Positions 24,237 to 34,312 of a stretch of DNA of 44,270 nucleotides are shown here, piece after piece. Origin of the DNA: a virus (Duplodnaviria; Caudoviricetes); IMG/VR virus record IMGVR_UViG_3300032227_000337, positions 1 through 44,270 of that record. One strand, given 5' to 3'. Each line of letters starts with the position of its first letter. The first letter of the stretch is position 1. Made by a program: the position numbers and the translations under genes. Below the pieces are notes generated by a model. That model worked only from the letters and a program-made list of their open reading frames with translations. It had not been told where the DNA came from and searched no databases.

Positions 24237-27200
24237 TTATTTCCTTCCTACGTTTTGCAGCGCTTCTTTCATGTACTCAAGAGGCGACGCTTTTGGTGGT
24301 ATTTTATCAGCGGGTGCTGACCTCGTGTGATCTCTTAGCGACTTGCGGAACGCATCCAAGAGCTTCGCGCCTGCGTCAGATGAGCCATTACCAAGCGTCG
24401 AGACGGTCGATGCGTCGAACACATACTCACCGTCCGCCAACATGGCAGGGATGTCGTCCGACTGCCCGTCACCGCGACCCCTGACGTAGTGACCAGTCGC
24501 GCCCGTGATGAACTCGGGAATATGCTCGCCCTCGCCACTGTCGTGCGCAGAGCCGCCTTCAGCCATTGTGCCAGCACCAAGACTTGGAATACCTGAGCCC
24601 GCCATGGCTAGTGGGTTAGAGCCCGCTCCTTGGTACAGCCAGTCCGAGCCTGACGCCTTGCCTGTCGGGATGACTGGGATGCTAGGCGTCGGCTTGCCCA
24701 TCGGCTGGCTACCCGCAAACGTCGTAGGATTGCCCCCAGATGAATCAGAGCCGTAGGTGAAGTAGCTAGGTGCGGCTCTCTTTTGCAGCACGCTGTAGAG
24801 CCTTGGATCAACACCATAGACACCTTGCTGCATCTGCGCAAGCTGTAGCGGTGAGCCACCCTCGGCGGCGCGTACGGGCGCTAGTTGCTGGTACACGTTG
24901 TAGTTCTCAAATGGGTTGTATTCGTCCACGTTCGCACCTTGCAGAAATGTAGCTTGTAAGTTACCGGGCAGCGCCCCGACGGTTGTGCCTTGCGAGCCCG
25001 CGCCTGAGTACGAGTAAGACGGCTGCGCAATTGCAGGCGCAACAGTTGGTCTGACACCGCCCGTGCCCGAGCCGCTCGTACCAGAGCCAGAACCGCTGCC
25101 CGAGCCTAGCCCTAAGCCGTCGCCCGAGCCATCGCCCGTGCCCGTACCTGTGCCCGGACCCACTCCCGTGCCTGTGCCTGTGCCCAAGCCGCCAGTGTTT
25201 GTGCCAGTTGAGCCACCGATGCCTGTGCCTGCGAGTGCCGCGCCCGATGCAGCGCCTGTTGCAGCGCCCGCACCTGTTGAGGTGATGCCAGAGCCTGTGC
25301 CTGTTCTTGCGGTCGTTGCTCCGTTAGTGAGCTCAACAACGTCTGAGGGTGAGAGCCCTGTAGCGTCAGAGATTCGCTTAACACCCCTGTCTGTGAGTGA
25401 TCCGTCGGGGGTGACTAAGCCGCTAGCGACTGCTTGCGCAGGTGATGCCCCAAGCGTTGTAGAGTTAAACACCAATCGCTGTGTAGCGATGATGATGTCT
25501 TCAGCAGATAAATCTTCATTACTTGCTGCCTCAGAGACAATGTTCTGAGCCTCTGCAAAGGACGCCGCACCTGAGGGCGACACAGCACCCGGTGCGCCCT
25601 CGTTGCCTGCTTCTGCACCACCCTGCGTGCCTAGACCGCCTGCGGGCTTAGTGTCGCCAGAGGATGATGAAGACGCAGACGCAGTTGGCGTTTTTTCAGG
25701 CTTTACTTCCTCGGGCTTTACTTTTTCAGGCGTGAGCGGTGGTTGTGGCGCAGGTTGGACGGGTTCTGGCTTTTGTACCTCAGGCGGTACAACTTCAACT
25801 TGCGTAACTGGCTGCAAGTCCTGCCTGACCGCCGAGATGGATTCTGGGTTGTTAATGTACCTATTGAGCAGCGCATCAACTTGTTCAGGCGTTGCGTTTT
25901 GAAATGCGTTGGGGATTAAGTTGCCGTTTTCATCAACAAGCGCTGTCATATCAGACTGCGTTGCGCGGTCAGTAATGTTCCTAAGCGCGGGCACATCTTG
26001 AGGGGTAACCGGTACGGTGTTGTCGCTTGGTACAAATGTTGAGACGGGTGTTGGTTGACCACCCGCGCTGATTGAATACAAGCCCGGCGCTATGCCTAAA
26101 TCTCTAGCCTCTTCTTCTGACAGCCTAACTATATTAGGCGGAAGGTTTAATATGTTGGCAACGCCTAGCGGCGCTGTTGTCGGCACATTACCATCGGTCA
26201 CAACCGTAGTGGGGGCAACAGGGATGTTGTCTAGGTTGTTTGCTGGCACATACTCAGAATCTTCAGGCACGTATTCCGTATCTATTTCGGGAGTTGCTAC
26301 AGCGTTTCTGCGCAACATGTCCTGAAATTCTGGTGTGTCAATGGTTGCATTTGGATTGACTGCTTCTTTATAAAGTTCAAGCAATTCTGCTACTGTGCGC
26401 GAATCAGCCGAGCCCTTTACGTTAAGCGTAACCGTGCTTTCTGGATCAGTGTTGTCCGTTATTGCAGGCACCGCAACAGGATTTACATCATTGGTAGTTG
26501 CCCCCGCCAACGAGGTTAACGGCGCACCAACAGTCGGGTTAGCAGCGTTCGCAACCAACTGGTTGTAGATAGCATTTGCGTCACTCTGCCCTGTTGCCTG
26601 CTGAATCAACGGCGGTATCACTACGTTATCAACCGTCTTAGGCGTATTTTGATTGATAGCGTTCTGCACTAGCGGCGGCGTCTTTGGCAGATCACGAATC
26701 ATCGCGTCTTGCGCGTCCTGCTGAAAAATATCATTAACAACGTCACGCTGCGTTGGTATATCTAATTCCGTGCCCCTTATTGCCTTGTTTGACCCCTCAA
26801 TAGGCAGAGCCAGAGCGTTTGTTGCACCAGTCTCATACTTAATTGCGTCAACAGTCGATGTAAGTGCGTTTGTAATATCAGCTTTGATGTCTTGCACGAT
26901 CTTGCTGTCGCCGATCATGCCCGCAACGCTACTTAGCCCCGAGTTCACCGCGCCCATGATCGCTGCCGTGCCTACGTCGCCCCCACGGATTGCCGTAATC
27001 ACAGAGCTTGAGATTGCAGCGTTGACCGCCTTCTGAACGCTCGGATCAGTAATCCCTGCACTATTTAATACGTCTGAAGTGCTTGCAGGCACCACGTTTG
27101 CAAGCGTAGCCGTCAATGCACCGCTTATCGCTGCCTGTACGGGATCTCTGCCTGTTGCTGCGGCCATTGCAGTTGCGATCGCAGTCTGTGAGCCAATCTG

Positions 27201-28487
27201 AGCGAGTGCGCCGCCGCCTAGAAGATCAGCACCTGCAACACCTGCCCCACCCGTGACAGCACCCAAAGCGCCTGCCTTGAGCACGTCGCCGATGTTGCCG
27301 CCCTGCGCTGCAGTCACCGCAGCGTTGATCCCCGCGGTCTTCGCGGCTTGCGTTGCAGCAGCAGCCCAGTTGATACCGCTTGCGGGTATCTGCATTCCGG
27401 CAGGCAATAATCCAGAATTCATTAAGTTACTGGCGGCGACGTCACTTAAAGCACCGGCTCCCGCACCACCTGCACCTGCACCTGCCCCAATCCCCGCTGC
27501 TTCTAATAACGCACCGCCAACACCGCCTGTCATCATTGTTGCGGCAAGAAGTAATGCACCTTGCGCCATATCGGCAGGGATTTGACCGCCGTACTTCCTT
27601 TCGTTTATGTACAGCAGATCCTTGACCGTGCTGCCTGTCTCAGCAGGTACGCCAGTGTTATAGACTGTTGTGCCGCCGGTATTTGGGTCAACAAACAGCA
27701 ACTGACCTTGCTCGTTGCGCTGTTGAATTTTGCTGTCAAGCGACGCTGTCTCGTTCGGTTTAAGCGCTAGCCCAAGGGACGATGGGTCAATAATTAACTC
27801 ACCCTCGCGCGTATTTAACCCTGCACGCACCGCGTCAACTAGGATGCCTTTTAAGTTTCCTTGCGCATCATAAAACTGCGTTGGCGTACCTTCAAAATTT
27901 TGTCCTACATGCTGCGCCAAAGTATTAGGATCAACTGGAGTAACACCTGTGGCTTGCACAGGCTGTCCTACTTCTTTTCGTTCGCCCGTGATGACATTGC
28001 GGTAGTAGGGCGCGGCTGATCCGCCGCTGTCATAAAACTCTTCAGGCTGATACTCCCAACCGGCGTTAGGGTCAGCAGCCGCAGCAGCCGCAGCCAAAGG
28101 TGGCACAGGTGGCAACCCCCGTGACTGACCTTCAGCGCTTGATGCAAGTGCAGCACGCATTTGCTCGCCAGTCATTCCTGCGTTTAACGCAGCGGTAAAA
28201 CTGGCCATGCCGCTTGCGTCCGCTTGCCGACCAAACGTTTGTTGGTAAATATCGTTTACCGTCTGTTCCCACTGATTAGAGGGCGCTGCAGGGGCGGTAT
28301 ATGCAGGCGCGTTATATGTAGGGGCAGGTTCACTGTATGTAGGCGCAGGTTCACTGTATGAAGGCGCAGGTTCAGGCGATGGAGCAGGAGCAGGTGGTTC
28401 ACCCGCAAACGCAAGCGCATTGGCTTGATACGCCGCCTCATCAGCCGCTTGCTGATCGAAGTAATACCCGTTATCGCCGTCGCTCAT
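24237..28487 (-). CDS. Giant low-complexity virion protein (1416 aa)
   Basis: Pro-rich repeats, DUF4214-like helix motif, Gly/Ala hydrophobic block, GT repeats, and a C-terminal MAEGG...GDGQSDDIPAMLADGEYV domain like tape-measure C-termini. Confidence 0.65.
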   Translation of the reverse strand: MSDGDNGYYFDQQAADEAAYQANALAFAGEPPAPAPSPEPAPSYSEPAPTYSEPAPTYNAPAYTAPAAPSNQWEQTVNDIYQQTFGRQADASGMASFTAALNAGMTGEQMRAALASSAEGQSRGLPPVPPLAAAAAAADPNAGWEYQPEEFYDSGGSAAPYYRNVITGERKEVGQPVQATGVTPVDPNTLAQHVGQNFEGTPTQFYDAQGNLKGILVDAVRAGLNTREGELIIDPSSLGLALKPNETASLDSKIQQRNEQGQLLFVDPNTGGTTVYNTGVPAETGSTVKDLLYINERKYGGQIPADMAQGALLLAATMMTGGVGGALLEAAGIGAGAGAGGAGAGALSDVAASNLMNSGLLPAGMQIPASGINWAAAATQAAKTAGINAAVTAAQGGNIGDVLKAGALGAVTGGAGVAGADLLGGGALAQIGSQTAIATAMAAATGRDPVQAAISGALTATLANVVPASTSDVLNSAGITDPSVQKAVNAAISSSVITAIRGGDVGTAAIMGAVNSGLSSVAGMIGDSKIVQDIKADITNALTSTVDAIKYETGATNALALPIEGSNKAIRGTELDIPTQRDVVNDIFQQDAQDAMIRDLPKTPPLVQNAINQNTPKTVDNVVIPPLIQQATGQSDANAIYNQLVANAANPTVGAPLTSLAGATTNDVNPVAVPAITDNTDPESTVTLNVKGSADSRTVAELLELYKEAVNPNATIDTPEFQDMLRRNAVATPEIDTEYVPEDSEYVPANNLDNIPVAPTTVVTDGNVPTTAPLGVANILNLPPNIVRLSEEEARDLGIAPGLYSISAGGQPTPVSTFVPSDNTVPVTPQDVPALRNITDRATQSDMTALVDENGNLIPNAFQNATPEQVDALLNRYINNPESISAVRQDLQPVTQVEVVPPEVQKPEPVQPAPQPPLTPEKVKPEEVKPEKTPTASASSSSSGDTKPAGGLGTQGGAEAGNEGAPGAVSPSGAASFAEAQNIVSEAASNEDLSAEDIIIATQRLVFNSTTLGASPAQAVASGLVTPDGSLTDRGVKRISDATGLSPSDVVELTNGATTARTGTGSGITSTGAGAATGAASGAALAGTGIGGSTGTNTGGLGTGTGTGVGPGTGTGTGDGSGDGLGLGSGSGSGSGTSGSGTGGVRPTVAPAIAQPSYSYSGAGSQGTTVGALPGNLQATFLQGANVDEYNPFENYNVYQQLAPVRAAEGGSPLQLAQMQQGVYGVDPRLYSVLQKRAAPSYFTYGSDSSGGNPTTFAGSQPMGKPTPSIPVIPTGKASGSDWLYQGAGSNPLAMAGSGIPSLGAGTMAEGGSAHDSGEGEHIPEFITGATGHYVRGRGDGQSDDIPAMLADGEYVFDASTVSTLGNGSSDAGAKLLDAFRKSLRDHTRSAPADKIPPKASPLEYMKEALQNVGRK
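28316..28374 (-). repeat. 21-bp coding tandem repeat (SEPAP[ST]Y)
   Basis: GCAGGTTCACTGTATG(T/A)AGGC twice plus a partial copy. Confidence 0.8.
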
Positions 28488-28717
28488 GGATTTATACTCA
28501 TAATGCCAACAAGTGAAGCCGCCCAGTCCTGCCAGTTGTCAAAGGTGCGTGTGTCTGGAACATTTGAGTTCATAAAATAACCGATACCCGCCATTGCGTC
28601 AGCCCACTCGCGCCACTTATCCTCGGTAACCGTGCCCAACTGCTGCGGCGCAAACAACTCAGCCGTAAGCGAGCACCATGAGTCCCAAGTGTGGCCGCGA
28701 GGATCGTACGTCGTCAT
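28484..28717 (-). CDS. Small Trp-rich tail-associated protein
   Basis: Likely ATG start at 28717 (MTTYDPRGHTWDSW); ATGA overlaps on both sides. Confidence 0.7.
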   Translation of the reverse strand: MTTYDPRGHTWDSWCSLTAELFAPQQLGTVTEDKWREWADAMAGIGYFMNSNVPDTRTFDNWQDWAASLVGIMSINP

Positions 28718-30738
28718 GGGTTGCCCGTCGATCTCATGTCGCCAACATCTGCTGAGAGCAGGTTCAGTCCACACTCGTAGTTGCCGTTGACCACGTTGCT
28801 CTCAAAGCGCAGACGCATCTCTCGACGCTGCTCGCGCAGATCAATCTTGAGCGTCGTGGGCGAGAACACGAACGGCCCCGTCACCACGTCATTGTCGGTT
28901 GCGTAGCCCTTGCCGGTGACATACAAGTTCATGTCGCCAGACTGCACAAAGTCAGGTTCAACGCGCTCAAGCCTGATGTAGTTGTTCATACCCACAGGGT
29001 CGTTCTGGTTCGGGCCACCATTCACCCAACCAATACTGTCGGTTTCAAAGTAACTCTGGATTGCGCTTTGCTCACTTAAATTCACAACATTTGTGCCTGA
29101 CTCATGCTGCCATAGTGTGTAGGTTCCTAAGTCATTAGTCTCGGTACCTGCCCAGATAGGCTTACGGAACACTTCGGAAAACGTGCCCGCTGAGCGTCGA
29201 GCGCCTAGAGCCTCACCGGCGTCGTACCAGACTTTTTCGCGCACGTTGTAGATGACCGCGTCTGTGCACTCTGTGGCGTTGCCTCGTGGGTAAAACCACC
29301 AGATCTCACCCCAACGAGGTATCTTCGTTGCCCACACTTTTTGACGCTGCGTGTAGTTCAGGTTATCAAAAAAGTAATTAAGGTTCAGGGTGTTTGCAAT
29401 CTCGCTCACAACGCCGTTGTACATCAGGAAGCGATCGACGCCGCACCAGAAGAACATGCCGTCATACTCAATGACGCTTGATGACGACAGGATTGAGCTC
29501 TGACTTGTCACGATGTCGTAGCGCCAGTAGATCGTGCTTGCGCCTACAGTTGTAGGCGCGTAGCTCACACGAATAAGCGAGTCGAGCGACCAGAACAAGC
29601 CAGAGGGCGCAGTCGTGCCGCCCCTGACGGGTAAGCCCTTGACGACCTTGCCTGCAGAGACGGTGTTCTCGTTTGCGTCAGCAGACACCCAGTCCTGAAA
29701 GTTACCTGCCGAGCAGTTCTTAATCAGGCCATTGTTGCCGTAAACAAAGAGGTACGGGTGCAGCATCACACAGCCGCCAGAGACGCTGATGTTGTTGTTA
29801 AACGTCAACGTCAGAGCGCCCGCAGTTGATACTGTATTTGAGAGTGTCACAGTCGTAGTGCTTGCACCAATCAGCACTATGCTTACTGTTGTGTTTGCGG
29901 GAACACCTGTGCCTGTTACCGTCTGACCAACAGCGATAAGCGCGTTGATTGAGGCGATCGTGAACACGCTAGGCGGCCCGATCACCATCGTGCCTGCAGC
30001 AGTGAACACGCCCACTTGGCTCATCGCGCCAGTCGGGAAGTCGCCAATCAAAACGGGCGTATTCAGCGTGTTGTCAATATTTGCAAGGTTAAGACCCGGA
30101 TGCGCAACGATCGTTTGATTGCCTGAGCCGCCCGAGTCAAAGCCGATGTCAAACTGCCAGAGATTGTTTGCGTTTGCGGTAAAACTTGAAGCAACAGTGG
30201 CGACGGTAACAGAAAATCCAGTACCAGTGCCGCCAATGCTTGCTGCAGGAGCACTGAGTACATCACCAGACAAATAACCAATACCGCCTGAAACCAACGT
30301 CACCACGGTAACGACAGCCCCTGCAACTGTAATATTTGCAATAGCACCAGAGCCTGACCCTCCGGTTAGTGAAACACCAGAATAAGTACCGTTTGTGTAT
30401 GCGCTACCACCTACCAAAGTAGGTATTGTTAAAATAGCCCCTGAAAATTGAATGTTGGTTGGTCCAGACCCCACGCCGTCGTCGTCATCCGTTACCCACT
30501 CCTGCAAGCCGCCGCTGTAGCCTGAGTAGACGTAGTTCAACCCGTCTTCAGAATTTAGGATCATGCCGCGGCTGATGCCCGAGGCGTTCTGAAAGATGCC
30601 CTTGTAGCCGCCAATCTTGCGTGGGCGACCGCGCTGAAAGCGCACCCACCTGCCGTCAACGTAGACAGGCGCGTCAAACTGCGTGCCGTCCCGTTGGATG
30701 CCCGGCTTGATGTTCAGCGAGATGACTTTAGCTGTCAT
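28714..30738 (-). CDS. Tail nozzle/stabilisation protein (P22 gp10/T7 gp12-like)
   Basis: 674 aa beta-rich protein with WVRFQRGRPRKIGG, GEIWWFYP and YNVREKVWY motifs; located before the ejection genes. Confidence 0.65.
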   Translation of the reverse strand: MTAKVISLNIKPGIQRDGTQFDAPVYVDGRWVRFQRGRPRKIGGYKGIFQNASGISRGMILNSEDGLNYVYSGYSGGLQEWVTDDDDGVGSGPTNIQFSGAILTIPTLVGGSAYTNGTYSGVSLTGGSGSGAIANITVAGAVVTVVTLVSGGIGYLSGDVLSAPAASIGGTGTGFSVTVATVASSFTANANNLWQFDIGFDSGGSGNQTIVAHPGLNLANIDNTLNTPVLIGDFPTGAMSQVGVFTAAGTMVIGPPSVFTIASINALIAVGQTVTGTGVPANTTVSIVLIGASTTTVTLSNTVSTAGALTLTFNNNISVSGGCVMLHPYLFVYGNNGLIKNCSAGNFQDWVSADANENTVSAGKVVKGLPVRGGTTAPSGLFWSLDSLIRVSYAPTTVGASTIYWRYDIVTSQSSILSSSSVIEYDGMFFWCGVDRFLMYNGVVSEIANTLNLNYFFDNLNYTQRQKVWATKIPRWGEIWWFYPRGNATECTDAVIYNVREKVWYDAGEALGARRSAGTFSEVFRKPIWAGTETNDLGTYTLWQHESGTNVVNLSEQSAIQSYFETDSIGWVNGGPNQNDPVGMNNYIRLERVEPDFVQSGDMNLYVTGKGYATDNDVVTGPFVFSPTTLKIDLREQRREMRLRFESNVVNGNYECGLNLLSADVGDMRSTGNP

Positions 30739-30739
30739 T

Positions 30740-31966
30740 CTAGAACGCCCCGCCAGAGATGCCTACGGGAATCAGGAAGCCTGCTGCCGTCATCGTCGCG
30801 GCGTTAGATCCGCCGACTGAAAAAGCAATTTGATTGGTCGCGGGTTGGTACAAACCCGTCGTGACGTTGCCCGCAAAGTTAAGCGAGGGTGCCGCTGCCG
30901 AGCCGGGGTTAATGGTGAGCGACGTCACCACGCCACCTGACGCCGAGCTCGAGTTAAACACGTTCGTGCCGTCACAAATCACTGTCAACGTCTGACCTTG
31001 CGGCACGTTCACCGTTGCAGCGCCCACGGCAGACGTTTTAAACGTCAGCAAGTACGCGCCCGTTGTCTGATTGTTCAGGTAGTAGATCTGCACCGTAGAG
31101 GGCAGGATAATGATCTGATTTGAGGCAAGCGCCCCGAAGTACTCCTGCACAACGTTTGAGTACTCAACCGCCGTGAGGGTCGTGGTGCCGCCCGTGACCG
31201 TCTTGGCTAGCTGTGTGTATGCGAACGTGTTTGAGCGCCCATAAGCGAACGTAGAGTAGCCGTCGATGCCGTTTGAGACGATGACGAGTGACTCTGTGAG
31301 TTGAAGCTGCTGCGTTGCAAGGGTGTCAATTGTGTCAGTGCCGCTCGGCGCAAGCGTCAGGATGCCTGAGCCGCCGTTGCGCACCATGATGAACCAGCCG
31401 TTACCGACAGTGTTCGCGCTAGGCAGCGTGATCGTGCCCACGCCGCCCGACCAGACCAAGAACTGCGCACGATAGGTGCTATTGAGCGTCGTGGTTGAGT
31501 AGATTGCGCTCTCAAGGTACTCTTGATTGAGCGTCGTGCCTGAGGCAACGATGCCGGCACCTGCCAAAGCGGAGGCGTTTGCCGCCGAAGTACCCGCGCC
31601 AAACTGCACAGTAGACCAAGTGCCGTTGTTTGTGGAGTTATTCGTTAAGAAGATGTACTGAGCGATTCCCGAGGCAATTGAAACAATCGTGTTGCCCGAG
31701 ATATCGGTGACCGTGAAGCTATTTGAACCGATGTTTTGAATCAGCACGCTCTGACCCGTGCTCACCTGCAGCGCAGAGGGCAGGTATAGCTTTAAGCTGC
31801 CAACGGTCGCGGTGACCTGAATGATTGCAGCCACAACGTCGGTGCTTGTCGTACCGTTGATAGGCCAGTCTAGCTCAGTGTCTGTTGAGATTGTGAGGGC
31901 TTCGTATCCCACCTGTGAGGGGCTAATTGTCTGACCCGTGATCGGGTTAACGTAGGTGTTGGTCAT
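30740..31966 (-). CDS. Tail-associated structural protein
   Basis: Thr/Ser-rich with three repeated LPSA...GQ/NG...N units; ends GISGGAF. Confidence 0.6.
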   Translation of the reverse strand: MTNTYVNPITGQTISPSQVGYEALTISTDTELDWPINGTTSTDVVAAIIQVTATVGSLKLYLPSALQVSTGQSVLIQNIGSNSFTVTDISGNTIVSIASGIAQYIFLTNNSTNNGTWSTVQFGAGTSAANASALAGAGIVASGTTLNQEYLESAIYSTTTLNSTYRAQFLVWSGGVGTITLPSANTVGNGWFIMVRNGGSGILTLAPSGTDTIDTLATQQLQLTESLVIVSNGIDGYSTFAYGRSNTFAYTQLAKTVTGGTTTLTAVEYSNVVQEYFGALASNQIIILPSTVQIYYLNNQTTGAYLLTFKTSAVGAATVNVPQGQTLTVICDGTNVFNSSSASGGVVTSLTINPGSAAAPSLNFAGNVTTGLYQPATNQIAFSVGGSNAATMTAAGFLIPVGISGGAF

Positions 31967-31974
31967 GATTACCC

Positions 31975-32604
31975 CTATGAGTCCACGGCGATTGCTGAGC
32001 GATCACCCACGCGAGTCACATCCTCGGCTTTGAGCGCCTGCATGGCCATGTCGTACTTCTGTTGGAATATCTGACGTGCGTCGTCTTTTAAGTAGATCAC
32101 AGCCTGCAGAAGTGCCCCGAAGATCATCGCGTTCGGCGCGTTGTTCGTAATCCAGTTTGTTTGATTTGTCGAAGACAAAGGCTGCAGGCGCTGGTAAATG
32201 AGCACCTCAAACTGATACGCCTGATCTGGGCTAGGCGACACAAACCAGTTGTCGTAGTCGTAATCTGCGTAGTACAGAGGCAGTCCGTTCGCGCTCTCCG
32301 CGCTGTAGTTGGTCAGGTACTCGTACTTGCGCAGGAAGACGGGTTTCTTCTCGCCACCTGAGGTGACCGACATTGACACCGTCTTGCGCCATCTAGCGGG
32401 CTTTTGGACGATCGGGTTGCCGACTGACATCACGCCTTGCGCGACCTCGATCTGACCAAGCGTCTTGATCTGCTGAGCAATCTCAAACTCAGCCAAGGTG
32501 ATAAATACGGGGATTTGATCAACAACGGCTGCGTCATTACGCTCGAGATACTGCTCGATCGTTGTGACTAAGCTGTCGTAAGTTAGAGCAAAGCTCGCGG
32601 TCAT
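31975..32604 (-). CDS. Head-tail adaptor/tail tubular-like protein
   Basis: IPVFITLAE, PSPDQAY, TNWITNNAP...GAL and YLKDD pattern; likely start MTASF at 32604. Confidence 0.65.
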   Translation of the reverse strand: MTASFALTYDSLVTTIEQYLERNDAAVVDQIPVFITLAEFEIAQQIKTLGQIEVAQGVMSVGNPIVQKPARWRKTVSMSVTSGGEKKPVFLRKYEYLTNYSAESANGLPLYYADYDYDNWFVSPSPDQAYQFEVLIYQRLQPLSSTNQTNWITNNAPNAMIFGALLQAVIYLKDDARQIFQQKYDMAMQALKAEDVTRVGDRSAIAVDS

Positions 32605-32697
32605 AGCGCCACCCACAAAAGTAATTTTGAGAGCGTTTTATCACAAAGCGCTTGATTTGACATTTTAACCTTTATCGCACTAATTTAAAACCACAAT

Positions 32698-33234
32698 TTA
32701 GCCGAGCATCGAGCTTGCCTTGACCTTAACTGCTGCAACACGATTAAGCCAGCCTGTACCGTATACAGAGAAGTCGTTAAGGCTACGATAAAACTCTTCT
32801 TTGGCATCGCTAAAATCTTGGATTAGTTTAACGGGGTCAGCCGCCCAGACAGCCGACAGAGTAATTGGTCCTAGCCCACCATCAGGCGTAGTGCCCACAG
32901 CCGCTTGCAAGAGTTTAATTGAGCGCCCCGGACCGGCGTTCACCCCCATATCAAACACTAAGTAGTCAATCCCGTTTGGTAGCTCGTCAGCCCGCACAAC
33001 GTCCCAGTACTTCTTCTTGTACAAGGGTTCTACATCCGCAGGGGTTAGCTTACGCATCTGGTCATGCGTAACTTCGTGTCCAACGTGCGCTTCCCAGTTG
33101 TATTGAGTTACGCCCAACATGGTTGAGCCTTTGCGCCCGTCTGGTAACTTGTTGCCGTTATCACGCTCGTCGTCAGAAAAACCACCTTCTGAGGCGAGCA
33201 TCTGTTCAAACGCTTGTTGCCAATTGTGTTTCAT
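32698..33234 (-). CDS. Endolysin, glycoside hydrolase family 108 with peptidoglycan-binding domain
   Basis: EGGF...D, TMLGVT, YKKKYW, FDMGVNAG, DGGLGPIT and GWLNRV motifs. Confidence 0.9.
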   Translation of the reverse strand: MKHNWQQAFEQMLASEGGFSDDERDNGNKLPDGRKGSTMLGVTQYNWEAHVGHEVTHDQMRKLTPADVEPLYKKKYWDVVRADELPNGIDYLVFDMGVNAGPGRSIKLLQAAVGTTPDGGLGPITLSAVWAADPVKLIQDFSDAKEEFYRSLNDFSVYGTGWLNRVAAVKVKASSMLG

Positions 33235-33596
33235 TTCTTCTGTGCGTAAAACAATGTTCTGTCGCCAAACAAATAAAAGCCAACTGCCGAGGCAAAATTA
33301 TTCACGGCTGGGCTGTCTTGACCTGTAATCATCATAAACGACCAAGTGCCAAGTACCACGGTAGCAACGCCCGGTCTCATCAGGCGCACAATGGCTTCGA
33401 CCCACGGGTAGGTCGTGCCGCTACCGCCTACGGTATTCATTGCCTTAAACATCTCAAGGTCAATGTTACGCATCTGGGTGTATTCGGCAACGTTAGTCGG
33501 TTTGTACACGTCAGTCTGAATAAACCGCCCGATTAGGGATTTCCCTAAGTCAACGGCAAGTGGTCCAAGTGCTGCGAGTAGGGTAATCGGGTCCAT
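33231..33596 (-). CDS. Holin-like membrane protein
   Basis: Hydrophobic segments with VRLMRP and FYLFGDRT motifs; directly upstream of the endolysin. Confidence 0.65.
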   Translation of the reverse strand: MDPITLLAALGPLAVDLGKSLIGRFIQTDVYKPTNVAEYTQMRNIDLEMFKAMNTVGGSGTTYPWVEAIVRLMRPGVATVVLGTWSFMMITGQDSPAVNNFASAVGFYLFGDRTLFYAQKK

Positions 33597-33850
33597 TATT
33601 TGTCAGCCTTTGCATCAATTTTGTCGTAGAGTCGAGCAATCATTTGCTCAAGGCGGTCAAAGCGTTTATCCATGTCCCCGCGCAAGGTGTCAACCTCAGA
33701 CTTCTTGACGTAGGATTCGCTCATGTGCAAGCGCAAGTCAGCAATATCCGCCTTTAGTTCTTTGACAGAATCCCATAGTTGACGTGCAAACCAGCCCGCT
33801 ACAGCCAAGGCTGTTCCACCAGTAATGTTTATGAGGTTCTGCCAATCCAT
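33596..33850 (-). CDS. N-terminal TM plus coiled-coil lysis-module protein
   Basis: TM helix followed by YVKK...RFDRLE...KIDAKADK. Confidence 0.65.
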   Translation of the reverse strand: MDWQNLINITGGTALAVAGWFARQLWDSVKELKADIADLRLHMSESYVKKSEVDTLRGDMDKRFDRLEQMIARLYDKIDAKADK

Positions 33851-33940
33851 TTCAATATCCTTTCATCTGTTCGTCAACGCCTGCACAGAGCCAGACAAAC
33901 ACTCCGACTACTGTGGCAAGCGTAGCAAATATCAACCAAA

Positions 33941-34312
33941 TCATGCAGACGGTGCTGACATGTCAGGGGCAGGTGGAGCAATAACTTTAGGCGCGGCTTC
34001 AGCAGCAACCCAAGGCAACGGCGCAGGCTGTGGCGTAGGAATTTTTTGTGTATCAATTTGCGCTTGCACTTCGGCTTCCATTGCTGCGACACGATCCGCA
34101 CCCAATGCGTCCTGAGTCCATTGCACGGCTTGTGCTTGGGTAATATCTGCGTAGGGCGTGAAGTTTGATGCGTCAGCGGGTAGCAAGTTCACTGAGTACG
34201 TCACCGAGCCTGTCAGCCCACCTTGTGTGTCGTTGATTGTGAAGTTAGACATGACAACCGTTTCGGGTTCGGGCGTGTTCATGACAGAGAGTGAGTTGAT
34301 GATCCAGTTCAT
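33941..34312 (-). CDS. Tail-fibre-associated protein
   Basis: FTPYADITQAQAVQW...PLPW pattern downstream of the fibre gene. Confidence 0.65.
   Translation of the reverse strand: MNWIINSLSVMNTPEPETVVMSNFTINDTQGGLTGSVTYSVNLLPADASNFTPYADITQAQAVQWTQDALGADRVAAMEAEVQAQIDTQKIPTPQPAPLPWVAAEAAPKVIAPPAPDMSAPSA

Noticed and set aside
25063-25548. + strand Pro-rich ORF (PEPEP/PVPVP)
   Set aside because: It is the antisense read of the Gly-Thr/Gly-Ser repeats of the 1416-aa gene.
33874-34101. 75-aa minus-strand ORF as a spanin
   Set aside because: It overlaps the better-supported 33941..34312 gene and has no lipobox or TM segment.
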